Part shown: one piece after another, positions 20,408-28,735 of the stretch
Layout: each line of letters begins with the position of its first letter
Position numbering within the stretch: the first letter of the stretch is position 1
NCBI GenBank assembly: GCA_034521595.1
Contig: JAXHMG010000003.1
Span: 1,568,001-1,632,000, forward strand
Source of the DNA: Gemmatimonadota bacterium
GTDB lineage: Bacteria > Gemmatimonadota > Gemmatimonadetes > Longimicrobiales > Gaopeijiaceae
Direction: 5' to 3'
DNA: 64,000 nt
Program-made: the position numbers and the translations under genes
The notes under the pieces: model-generated
Told to the model about the DNA's origin: nothing
What the model saw: only the letters and a program-made list of their open reading frames with translations
The model's database searches: none

Positions 20408-21976
20408 TCAGCCGCCCGCCGCACCGGCAAGGATCCGATCCAGCACGGCGGGATCGCCCTGAACCGCCGTGCGGCGCTGGTACAGGCGCAGCCCCGAGAG
20501 TCCGCCCAGCTCGGCGCCGTTTCCGGCGCGCCCCGGTCCTCCGTGCAGGAGGCCGGGCATGACCATTCCGGAACCCATCGCCGCGTCGGTCACGCCGCTC
20601 GAGCCCAGATAGATGCGACCGTTCCACTGCGCGAAGCCGGTGACCACGCGCTCGAGCCAGTCGGGATCATCTCCGTAGGCGCTCGCGACCAAGCTCCCCC
20701 GACCCATCGCGACGATCTCCGTAGCCTCCTCGGGCGTTCCGTCGTAGGGAAGGATCGAAGACACCGGGCCGAACACCTCGCGCTCGTGCGCGACCTTCGC
20801 GGACCGCGCGTCGTCGAAGCGCACCAGGGTGGGGCGCACGAAGTACCCTTTCCCTTCCGGCGCGCCGACGCCGTCCATCGGCTCCGAGCCGCCCAGCAAC
20901 AAGGTCCCCTCGGCCGCGAGCGCGTCGATGCCGGCACGCGTGTCGCGCAGCTGACGAGCACTGGTCACGGGCCCCATCTGAACGGAGGAATCGGCCGTAT
21001 TCCCGACCACCACCTGCTCCAACTCGCTGGTCAGATCAGCCGCCACCCGCTCCACCGCATCGGCGGGCACGAGGATCCGGCGCACGGCGGTGCACTTCTG
21101 GCCGGTCTTCTGCGTGATCTCCCGAACCACGTCTTTCAGGAAGAGCCGATACAAATCGGAATCGGGGTCGACCCCCGGCGCCAACACGGCGCTGTTCAAG
21201 GAGTCCGCCTCCACGTTCACCGTCACGTTGCGCTCGAGGATCTCGGGCGCGGAGCGCAGTTGAAGGCCCGTGTCCGCCGAGCCGGTGAACGCCAGCACGT
21301 CCCGCTCGTCCAGGTGGTTCAACAGGTCTCCCGCGGATCCGGCCACGAGCTGGACGGCACCCTCGGGAATCACGTCGGCCTCGTCGAGGATCTCCATCAT
21401 GCGCCAGGTCACGAGCGCCGTGCTGGTCGCCGGCTTCACGATGACCGGCATTCCGGCCAGAAGGGCGCAAGCCGCCTTTTCCCCGAAGCCCCAGGCGGGG
21501 AAGTTGAACGCGTTCACCAGAACCGCCACGCCTTCTTTCGGAGCGAGCACGTGCCGGCCCACCCAGTCCCCGTCACGGGAAAGGGGAACCGAGTCCCCGT
21601 CGAGCATCAGGCGTGCGTCACCCAGTCCCTTCCCGAAGTGCGCGTACGCGGCGAGCGTCCCGGTCGCACCGTCCACGTCGAACTTCGCGTCCCCCTTGGT
21701 GTTCCCGCCGTCCTCCTTGGCCAGGTCGAGGAGCTCGTCCCTGTGCTCGCCCAGCGCCTTGGACATCGCCTTCAGCATCGCCGCGCGCTCTCCGAGGGTG
21801 AGCTCCCGGAGCGAAGGCCCGCCCACCTCACGGGCGTAGCGTACCGCCCCCGCGAAATCGAGTCCTTCGGTCGAAGTCTCGGCGACGGGCTCTTCCGTCG
21901 ACGGGTTCACCAGGACGGAGGGCTTTCCGGAGCCCTTCTGCCAGCGTCCGTTCACGAAGCTCTTCAGCGTGATCAT
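20408..21976 (-). CDS. Aldehyde dehydrogenase, PaaZ N-terminal / 3,4-dehydroadipyl-CoA semialdehyde dehydrogenase (BoxD)-like
   Basis: VNAFNFPAWG, FTGSADTG, EADSLN, GQKCTAVRR, EVFGPV, HGGPGRAGNGAELGG; no MaoC domain. Confidence 0.82.
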   Translation of the reverse strand: MITLKSFVNGRWQKGSGKPSVLVNPSTEEPVAETSTEGLDFAGAVRYAREVGGPSLRELTLGERAAMLKAMSKALGEHRDELLDLAKEDGGNTKGDAKFDVDGATGTLAAYAHFGKGLGDARLMLDGDSVPLSRDGDWVGRHVLAPKEGVAVLVNAFNFPAWGFGEKAACALLAGMPVIVKPATSTALVTWRMMEILDEADVIPEGAVQLVAGSAGDLLNHLDERDVLAFTGSADTGLQLRSAPEILERNVTVNVEADSLNSAVLAPGVDPDSDLYRLFLKDVVREITQKTGQKCTAVRRILVPADAVERVAADLTSELEQVVVGNTADSSVQMGPVTSARQLRDTRAGIDALAAEGTLLLGGSEPMDGVGAPEGKGYFVRPTLVRFDDARSAKVAHEREVFGPVSSILPYDGTPEEATEIVAMGRGSLVASAYGDDPDWLERVVTGFAQWNGRIYLGSSGVTDAAMGSGMVMPGLLHGGPGRAGNGAELGGLSGLRLYQRRTAVQGDPAVLDRILAGAAGG

Positions 21977-22074
21977 ATCTCAGGTCCAGTCCGGGATGTG
22001 CGGTTCGAGCACCCGAACAGTAGGCACAGCGGGAAGGCGGACAAGGGGGTGGTAGCCAGGACCAGGCCGGCCGG

Positions 22075-22275
22075 GTGGCCGCGCTGCGAGAGCGGAGCGC
22101 GAGCGCGCACCGGATCTTCCTGGGCAGCGAGGACGGGACCGCCACGCTCACGCTCGAGGACACGTCGGGCCGCCCGCGCATCCGCATGTACGTGGACTCG
22201 ACCGACCCGGCCCGGCTCGAGTTCCCGGACGAGGCGGGCGAGGTGGTGAGTGCGTATCCGTCGGCGGGTGAGTGA
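22075..22275 (+). pseudogene. Probable gene remnant (C-terminal fragment of an unknown protein)
   Basis: Protein-like beta-rich sequence RIFLGSEDGTATLTLEDTSGRPRIRMYVDS...LEFPDEAGEVV; in-frame TAG at 22021; antisense within a minus-strand cluster. Confidence 0.4.
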
Positions 22276-22302
22276 AGGCGGATTCGGTCGTCCGCCGGCC
22301 AC

Positions 22303-23610
22303 TCACTCCAGATCGAGCGCGAATATCGGTCCGTCGGTCGTGAGCGCTCGGCACGCGTCCAACAGCGCTCGCGCCCGCGCCTCGTCGAACTCCGCCCACC
22401 GGAAGAGCCCGTCCACCTTCGCGTCGAGCGCGTCGTCATCGAGCGGACGGTCGGGGTCCCCGGTCGCGGTCTCACGCAGGACGCGGTGGCGCCCTCCATC
22501 GCCGGTCTCGACCGTGATCGCGGCGCCCCAGCGGTCCGGGTAGGCCTGAGCCAGGTCGGAGCTCGTCCGCACCGCGACGTGCGGCAGCAGGGTGCGCACG
22601 GCCGAATCCTCCAGCGCGTCCGGCTCGAAAGCCTCCAGGCCGGGCCGGCCGTGGAGAAGCGTCCGCGCCACCGCGTACTGCATGCTGAAGCGCGCCTCGT
22701 GGGGCGTGCGTGGGTCCGGTCGATCGGTCACGTCCAACGCCGCCGGATAGCTCTCGACCTGGATGCTCGCCGGGTCGCCCGGGTTCGGGCCGAGCACGTC
22801 GCGTAGCTCCAGCGCGGCGTCGATGGCGGGGTGGACGTGGCGGCAGCAAGGATAGGGCTTCATGGACGTCTCGGGGAGCTTCCATCCGGAGCCCTCGGCC
22901 AGCACGGCTTCGGGCCGAGCATCCGGGCACAGCGCACGGAAAAGCCCCTTCTCGCCCTCCAGAATCCGCTCGGCACCCGTGAAGCCGCGGGCCGCCAGGA
23001 GCGCCGCACGGAGGCCGGCGGCCGCGGCGTGGCCGGCGTGCAGCGGCTTGCTCATCGCCCCCTCTTCGTTGAACTGCCACAGCCCGGCCGCCTGGGTTCC
23101 CGCGCTCCCGAGCGCCCACACCCAACCGTCCTCGTCGAGATCCAGGAGGGACGCCGCCGCGGCCGCCGCCCCGAAGACGCCGGCCGTCGCCGTGTTGTGG
23201 AAGGTCCGGTAGTGCGCGGGTCCGAGCGCCTCCCCGATGCGGGTCATGACCTCGTAGCCGGCGAGCGTGGCGCGGAGCGCCGCGTGCCCGCCCGCCCGCT
23301 GCTCCGCGCCGAGGAGGAGCGCGACCGGCACCACGACACACCCCGGGTGGGTCACGGAGGTCCGGTGCAGATCGTCCGTCTCGGTCACGTGGGAGAAGGC
23401 GGCGGCCAGAAACACGCGGCCCTCCAGCTGCCTCGCCTCGGCGCCGTAGGCACTCAGGATTCGGCCCGTCGGCGCTGCACGACCCGCGACGAACGATCCG
23501 AGCCAATCCCGCACGAACCGCTCCGCGTGCGCCCGGTCTTCGGGCTGCACGTCACGGGCACGGACCAGCCGCGTCAGCCCTCTCGTGAGGCTCTCAGCGG
23601 GCCCGGTCAC
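22303..23610 (-). CDS. MmgE/PrpD family protein
   Basis: HVTETDDLH, HPGCVVVP, FHNTATAGVFG, KPLHAG, KPYPCCRHVH; GTG overlaps the upstream TGA. Confidence 0.88.
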   Translation of the reverse strand: MTGPAESLTRGLTRLVRARDVQPEDRAHAERFVRDWLGSFVAGRAAPTGRILSAYGAEARQLEGRVFLAAAFSHVTETDDLHRTSVTHPGCVVVPVALLLGAEQRAGGHAALRATLAGYEVMTRIGEALGPAHYRTFHNTATAGVFGAAAAAASLLDLDEDGWVWALGSAGTQAAGLWQFNEEGAMSKPLHAGHAAAAGLRAALLAARGFTGAERILEGEKGLFRALCPDARPEAVLAEGSGWKLPETSMKPYPCCRHVHPAIDAALELRDVLGPNPGDPASIQVESYPAALDVTDRPDPRTPHEARFSMQYAVARTLLHGRPGLEAFEPDALEDSAVRTLLPHVAVRTSSDLAQAYPDRWGAAITVETGDGGRHRVLRETATGDPDRPLDDDALDAKVDGLFRWAEFDEARARALLDACRALTTDGPIFALDLE

Positions 23611-24752
23611 GAGCCGAACTCCGTCCGTAGAGCCGCGCCGTCCGCGTCGAGGTCGGGAACCCGGACCGGCTCCTCCTTCTCCGCTCCACGGTCCCCTTCC
23701 CGTTCCCGCCACGCGACCGGATCGCCGGGGACCCGCACCCGCCCGTTCGGCGTCTCGATCTCGGTCAACGCGAGCTGCGGATGGGCGGCGAAGTCCTCCA
23801 CCGAGCGCACGCGTCCGAACGCAATGCTCGCTTCCGAGAGCCGTCCGCCGAGCTCGTCGGTGGAAAGCCTGCCCATGGCATCCTGAAGCTCCGCCACGAG
23901 CGCGTTCCGGTGCTCGACCCGGCCGGGGTTGTCGGTGAAGCGCGGATCGATCGCGAGCTCGGGACGGTCGAGGACGCGCTCGCACAGGCGGACCCACTCC
24001 CGCTCGTTTTGCACGGCCACGAGCACGGTGTCCCCGTCCCTCGAATCGAACGGCCCGTACGGGGCGATGCTCGGGTGCCGGAGCCCCGTCCGCTCGGGCG
24101 CTCGGCCGCCGTAGACCTGGTGGAGGTAGGGCACCGACATCCAGTCGGCGATCGCGCTGAAGAGCGACACCTCGAGGGCCGCCCCCTCACCGGAGCGGTC
24201 ACGGACGCGCAAAGCCTCGAGCACGCCCGTGTACACGTGCATGCCGGCCGCGATGTCGCAAACCGAGATCCCCACCCGCGCCGGGCTCTCGGGCGTCCCG
24301 GTCACCGCGTGAAGTCCCGCTTCACCCTGGACGAGGCTGTCGTAGGCCTTCATCTCCGCATAAGGACCGCGCTCACCGTAGCCCGAGACGTCACACGTGA
24401 TCAGCCGCGGATGAGCGTTCCGGAGGTCCTCGGAGCCGAACCCGGCCCGCGCCGCGGCTCCCGGCGCCAGGTTTTGCACGAACACGTCGGCCCGCGACAC
24501 CATCCGCCGCAGAAGCGCCGCGCCGTCGGGGTCCTTCAGGTCGATCACCACCGACTCTTTCCCCCGATTCAGCCAGACGAAGTAGGCGCTACCTCCATCC
24601 ACGACCCGGTCGTACCCGCGCGCGAAGTCGCCTCCGGGCCGCTCGACCTTGATCACCCGCGCGCCCGCATCGGCCATCTTGCGGGTGGCCAGCGGCACGG
24701 CGACGGCTTGCTCGACGCTCACCACGAGGACGCCCTCGAGGGGACGGGTCAT
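23607..24752 (-). CDS. Family III CoA-transferase (CaiB/BaiF)
   Basis: EQAVAVP, GARVIKVERP-GGDFARGYD, NRGKES, AYDSLVQGEAG. Confidence 0.9.
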   Translation of the reverse strand: MTRPLEGVLVVSVEQAVAVPLATRKMADAGARVIKVERPGGDFARGYDRVVDGGSAYFVWLNRGKESVVIDLKDPDGAALLRRMVSRADVFVQNLAPGAAARAGFGSEDLRNAHPRLITCDVSGYGERGPYAEMKAYDSLVQGEAGLHAVTGTPESPARVGISVCDIAAGMHVYTGVLEALRVRDRSGEGAALEVSLFSAIADWMSVPYLHQVYGGRAPERTGLRHPSIAPYGPFDSRDGDTVLVAVQNEREWVRLCERVLDRPELAIDPRFTDNPGRVEHRNALVAELQDAMGRLSTDELGGRLSEASIAFGRVRSVEDFAAHPQLALTEIETPNGRVRVPGDPVAWREREGDRGAEKEEPVRVPDLDADGAALRTEFGS

Positions 24753-24791
24753 CGGACGAACCGGGGATCAGGGCTCATGTCGGGCCTTCCT

Positions 24792-25814
24792 TCAGTAGGC
24801 AGCGAGCCAGCGGGCGGCCGTGACGATGTCGTCCACCTGCGGCAAAAAGTAGTCCTCCAGGGTCGGTGCGTAGGGGATCGGCGTGTCGATGGCGGTCACC
24901 CGCGCGATGGGCGCGTCGAGCCATTCGAACGCGCGCTCGTTCACCCGCATCGAGATCTCCCCGGCGATCCCTCCGGTCCGCGTGTCCTCGTGCACCACGA
25001 GCAGGCGGCTCGTCCGGCGCACGCTCTCCGCGACCGCCTCCACATCGAGGGGCAGCAACGTCCGCAAATCGAGGATCTCCACGTCCAACCCGTCCTCTTC
25101 CTCGAGACGCTCCACGGCCTCGGCGGCCAAGTGCACCATCCTTCCGTACGTCACCATCGTCAGGTCCCGGCCCTCGCGCACCGTGCGCGCCTTCCCGATC
25201 GGGACCACGAAGTCCTCCGACGGGAGCACCTCACGCAGCTTCGGATCCCGGTAGAGGAGCTTGTGCTCCTCGAAGATCACCGGATTGTCGTCGCGGATGG
25301 CCGCCTTGATCAACCCCTTCGCGTCCCGGGGCGTCGAGGGATACACGATCTTCAGCCCCGGCGTGTGGAAGAAGGCCATCTCCACGCTCTGGGCATGGAA
25401 GGCTCCACTCCGTGCGCCGGCGCCGACCGGTCCCCGGATGACCACGGGCATCGGGCCGGAGCCCCGCCACAGCGACGTGGCGAGATAGTTGGTGACCACG
25501 TTGTACGCCGAGGAGATGAAGTCCATGAACTGCATCTCCACCACCGGCCGGAGCCCCATGTGCGCCGCCCCGGCGGCGGCGCCGGTGAAGCCCGCTTCGC
25601 TGATGGGCGTGTCGAACACGCGCCCGGCGCCGAAGTGCGCGCGAAAGCCCGCCGTGAGCTTGAACGCGCCGCCGTATACCCCCACGTCCTCGCCGAGCAG
25701 CACCACACGCTCGTCGTCCTCCATCTCCTCGAACAGGCCCTCGGCGATGGCGTCCAGAAAGCCGACCGGCTCCCCGCGCGCGGAGCCGCTGACGTGCTCG
25801 GGCTCAGACGTCAT
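24792..25814 (-). CDS. 2-oxoacid dehydrogenase E1 beta subunit (copy 1)
   Basis: GEDVGVYGGAFK, DTPISEAG, EMQFMDF, DLRTLLPLD. Confidence 0.92.
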   Translation of the reverse strand: MTSEPEHVSGSARGEPVGFLDAIAEGLFEEMEDDERVVLLGEDVGVYGGAFKLTAGFRAHFGAGRVFDTPISEAGFTGAAAGAAHMGLRPVVEMQFMDFISSAYNVVTNYLATSLWRGSGPMPVVIRGPVGAGARSGAFHAQSVEMAFFHTPGLKIVYPSTPRDAKGLIKAAIRDDNPVIFEEHKLLYRDPKLREVLPSEDFVVPIGKARTVREGRDLTMVTYGRMVHLAAEAVERLEEEDGLDVEILDLRTLLPLDVEAVAESVRRTSRLLVVHEDTRTGGIAGEISMRVNERAFEWLDAPIARVTAIDTPIPYAPTLEDYFLPQVDDIVTAARWLAAY

Positions 25815-26883
25815 GCGGATCCGGACGCGCGAGCCTCGTCCACGGACGGGGCAGCGTCACGTCCGTGTAGATCCGGTCGAGCGCCGTGGCCCCCTCGGGC
25901 AGAGGCTCGGCGAGCGCCTCGTCCGCGGCCCGCTCCGCCTCCGTCCGGGCACCGGCGGCCACGTCCTCCAACTCGTCCGGCGTGGCCCACTCCTCGCTGA
26001 GGAGCCGCTGCTCGAACAGATCGATCGGGTCGCGCGACGCCCAGTGCTCGAGCTCCTCGGGCGGCACGTAGTCCTGCGCGTCGTGCTGCGCGTGCCCCCG
26101 CCGCCGGTAGGTCACCACCTCGAGCAGGCTCGCCCCGTGCCCGGCCCGGGCGCGGGCCACGGCACGGGCGGCGGCCTCGTAGCAGGCCACGACATCGTTG
26201 CCGTCGACGCTCTCCCCCGGAATGCCGTACCCGACGGCCTTGTCCGCCAGCCGTTTCGCGCGGGTCTGCTTCCGGGTCGGCGTCGAGAAGGCATAGCCGT
26301 TCGCTTCGAGCACCATGACCATCGGGCACTCCTGCACCGCCGCGAAGTTGAGGCCCTCGTGGAACTCCCCCGTCGAGCTGCCACCGTCCCCGAGATACGC
26401 CATCCCGACGCGATCCTCACCCCGCAGCCGGAAGGCCCACGTCATACCGGCCATCACCTCGACCATGGTTCCCAGGTGGGAAATCGGCCCGACGAGACCC
26501 CGATCGAAATCGGTGAAGTGGACGCCCGTCTCACGGCCACGGGAAAGGCTCGTCGCGCGTGCGAGGTAATGGCGGAGGTAGTCGATCGGCTCCCCACCGT
26601 GCGTGAAGATGGCCCCGGTGTCACGGATCAGGTATGTCATCACGTCGCCCGTGCCGTCCGAGCGCGCCCTGAGCGCGAAGGCCGTCCCGACCGCCGCGCC
26701 CTCTTGGCCGAGGGACCGGTAGACGCCTCCGTGCACGTGGCCCTGGCGGAACAGGAGCTCGAGCCGCTCCTCCGTGGCGCGCGCGAGATGCATGAGCCGG
26801 CACATCTCGAGGAGCTGCGCCCGGCTCGGTTCCGGGGTCACCTGCGTGGCGGAAGCATCGCTGGAGCACATGGTCGTCGTCAC
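25804..26883 (-). CDS. 2-oxoacid dehydrogenase E1 alpha subunit (motifs intact)
   Basis: GQEG; TPP motif GDGGSSTGEFHEGLN...EANGYAFSTP; TYRRRGHAQHD. Start uncertain (26883 or 26871). Confidence 0.88.
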   Translation of the reverse strand: MTTTMCSSDASATQVTPEPSRAQLLEMCRLMHLARATEERLELLFRQGHVHGGVYRSLGQEGAAVGTAFALRARSDGTGDVMTYLIRDTGAIFTHGGEPIDYLRHYLARATSLSRGRETGVHFTDFDRGLVGPISHLGTMVEVMAGMTWAFRLRGEDRVGMAYLGDGGSSTGEFHEGLNFAAVQECPMVMVLEANGYAFSTPTRKQTRAKRLADKAVGYGIPGESVDGNDVVACYEAAARAVARARAGHGASLLEVVTYRRRGHAQHDAQDYVPPEELEHWASRDPIDLFEQRLLSEEWATPDELEDVAAGARTEAERAADEALAEPLPEGATALDRIYTDVTLPRPWTRLARPDPHDV

Positions 26884-26995
26884 CCGAATCACCCGTTCTC
26901 TCGTGGATCGGGCGCCACCATAACTCCGGTGCTTCACCCCTCGCAATTCGGAGGCCTTTCCACGCCACGACCGGAATCGACCCGCGCGGGCCCGA

Positions 26996-27703
26996 TCACC
27001 GCAAGGACGACGAGCCCGCGGTCGAGTGCGACGCGCGACGCACGTTGTAGCGGTATCCGACCCAGATGAGCACCAAGCCGACGAGCTCGGTCATGTAGAG
27101 CACCTCCGTGGCGCCCATGCGAGCCGCCGTTCCCCCGATCCCCGGCAGGACCGCGCCCATCGCGATGTAGACGTTGCCGAGGAAGCGGTGACGCAGGCCC
27201 GGATCTCCGCGGTACCGAAGCGCTGAAACCACGGCCCCTCCCGCCAGCAGGACGAGGGCGTAGGTGTTGATGAACGGGCTGAACATGCGGGCCTCGGGCC
27301 AGGCGAGCGCGGCCCCCGTCAGTCCGTACGGCTCCACGGCCGCGAGATCGATCGGCGAGCGGATCACGACAGTCGCGGCGACCGCCACCAGGAGGCCGAG
27401 CGCGGCCGTCAGCCCATGCGCCACCCGCCGCTGGAGCATGAGGTAGGCGGTCCCTTGAGCCAGCGGCGCGGCACCGAGCAACGCCCCGCTCACATACCAA
27501 GCGCGGAAGACCGGCTCGCTCCAGCCGAACAACGTCGTCACCGACTCGGTCAGGGTGCCGAATCCGTAGCACACCACCCCGATCCCCCACCAGAAGAGAT
27601 GCGGTGCCGGACGCTTGCGGCTCCAGCGACCGAGAACCGCGGGCGCGAACCCGGCCGCGACGAGCGTCGTCGCGAGAGGCAGGTAGTGGATGAGTTCGGA
27701 CAC
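26996..27703 (-). CDS. Hypothetical integral membrane protein (about 7 TM)
   Basis: Successive hydrophobic segments (HLFWWGIGV, AWYVSGALLG, GNVYIAMGAVLPGIGG); GTG 27703. Confidence 0.7.
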   Translation of the reverse strand: MSELIHYLPLATTLVAAGFAPAVLGRWSRKRPAPHLFWWGIGVVCYGFGTLTESVTTLFGWSEPVFRAWYVSGALLGAAPLAQGTAYLMLQRRVAHGLTAALGLLVAVAATVVIRSPIDLAAVEPYGLTGAALAWPEARMFSPFINTYALVLLAGGAVVSALRYRGDPGLRHRFLGNVYIAMGAVLPGIGGTAARMGATEVLYMTELVGLVLIWVGYRYNVRRASHSTAGSSSLR

Positions 27704-27785
27704 GGGCAGGCGGCGATCTCGGAAAGGGATGGGCGCAACGTACGGAACGCCCCCACCCTCGCCAAGCGTGAGCTCCACCGGGGAA

Positions 27786-27830
27786 GAACGACGAAGCCCC
27801 GGAGGCCGCAAAGCCTTCCGGGGCGTTCGT
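27786..27830 (-). terminator. Hairpin downstream of tRNA-Asn
   Basis: GCCCCGGAAGGC / GCCTCCGGGGC stem with a weak pyrimidine tail. Confidence 0.45.
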
Positions 27831-27838
27831 TCTCTTCA

Positions 27839-27911
27839 CTGGGGCGGCAGGGTTCGAACCTGCAACCTCCTGGTTAACAGCCAGGCGCTCTGCCGATTGA
27901 GCTACACCCCA
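27839..27911 (-). tRNA. tRNA-Asn (GTT)
   Basis: TGGGGTG/CGCCCCA acceptor stem; D-arm GCTC...GAGC; anticodon arm CCTGG-CTGTTAA-CCAGG; GGTTCGAACC T-loop; CCA not encoded. Confidence 0.97.
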
Positions 27912-27974
27912 TCGGCTGGAGGAGGGTCACACCGCAGACCCCCGCCGTACGGCGCTCCCCCACCAACCCTACGC

Positions 27975-28010
27975 AAAACGGCCGCGATCCCGGTCGGGGA
28001 TCGCGGCCGT
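27975..28010 (-). terminator. Intrinsic terminator (attenuator) upstream of tRNA-Asn
   Basis: Perfect 14-bp stem ACGGCCGCGATCCC-CGACC-GGGATCGCGGCCGT; its last T begins a TTTT run. Confidence 0.8.
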
Positions 28011-28032
28011 CTCGTCCTTCCGAGTCGTTCGG

Positions 28033-28110
28033 CTACGCGATCCCGCGGTCGCAGTCCCGATTGGGATTACGATTCGGATTGGGATTCGAGTTGCCGCGCG
28101 AGATCGTCAT
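28033..28110 (-). CDS. Asn-rich leader peptide MTISRGNSNPNPNRNPNRDCDRGIA
   Basis: ATG...TAG, 25 aa, six Asn codons at alternate positions; 3' end is complementary to the terminator 5' arm. Confidence 0.8.
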   Translation of the reverse strand: MTISRGNSNPNPNRNPNRDCDRGIA

Positions 28111-28116
28111 GTACCA

Positions 28117-28145
28117 ACCTTCACAAGATACGGGCGATCCGTCAA
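28117..28145 (-). promoter_or_regulatory. Putative promoter of the Asn leader / tRNA-Asn transcript
   Basis: TTGACG (28145-28140), 17-nt spacer ending TGT, GAAGGT (28122-28117), then 6 nt to ATG. Confidence 0.55.
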
Positions 28146-28192
28146 CCGGTCAGCTCACCGTGCGCACCCGCACTTGGTCCTGCCCCGTTCTT

Positions 28193-28222
28193 CTGGAACG
28201 ATTCCGTTCTTGGTGTTACACT
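28193..28222 (+). promoter_or_regulatory. fur promoter with inverted-repeat operator
   Basis: GGAA-CGA-TTCC (28195-28205); extended -10 TGT-TACACT ends 6 nt before ATG 28229. Confidence 0.55.
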
Positions 28223-28228
28223 CGATTC

Positions 28229-28687
28229 ATGAACGAGTTTGCGGAGGACCTTCGAGCGGCACTCCGGGAGGCGGGCCTTCGGGTCACGGCCCAACGTCTC
28301 GCCATCTTGGGCGTGCTCCGAGACACACCCGGTCATTTGTCCGTCGACCGGGTGACCGAGCAAGTGCGGTCGCGGCTGGGCACGGTATCCCAGCAGGCCG
28401 TCTACGACGCGCTCGGGGTGCTCTCGGGTCTCGGCCTCGCTCGCCGCATCGAGCCCGCGGGGAGCCCCGCGCTCTTCGAGGCCCGCACCGGTGACAACCA
28501 TCACCACGTGGTGTGCCGGCGATGCGGTGCGGTCGAGGACATCGACTGCGCGGTCGGGACCGCCCCCTGCCTCGAAGCCTCCGAGACGCACGGATTCCAG
28601 TTGGATGAGGCGGAAATCACCTTCTGGGGCCTCTGCCCCGGCTGTCAGATGCCTCCCGACCGAGCCGTCGCCCCCACCCCGGGTTGA
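28229..28687 (+). CDS. Fur-family peroxide regulator (FurA/CatR-like)
   Basis: GLRVTAQRLAIL, QAVYDAL, GDNHHHVVCRRCG, DCAVGTAPCL, WGLCPGC. Confidence 0.92.
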   Translation: MNEFAEDLRAALREAGLRVTAQRLAILGVLRDTPGHLSVDRVTEQVRSRLGTVSQQAVYDALGVLSGLGLARRIEPAGSPALFEARTGDNHHHVVCRRCGAVEDIDCAVGTAPCLEASETHGFQLDEAEITFWGLCPGCQMPPDRAVAPTPG

Positions 28688-28735
28688 ACTCGATTCGACC
28701 ATCTCGCGCAGTTACCGACAGGGAGGATGTCAGAC

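Noticed and set aside
27839-27911. tRNA-Asn as the attachment site of an integrated element
   Set aside because: No integrase in the window and no duplicated tRNA 3' end noticed
27912-28110. T-box riboswitch upstream of tRNA-Asn
   Set aside because: No GGTGGnACCGCG T-box motif or Stem I features seen; the leader ORF and pairings explain the region
28061-28228. N-terminal extension of the Fur ORF (MGLRFGLGFE...)
   Set aside because: It is the antisense shadow of the Asn leader; the true start is likely ATG 28229, after a -10 box
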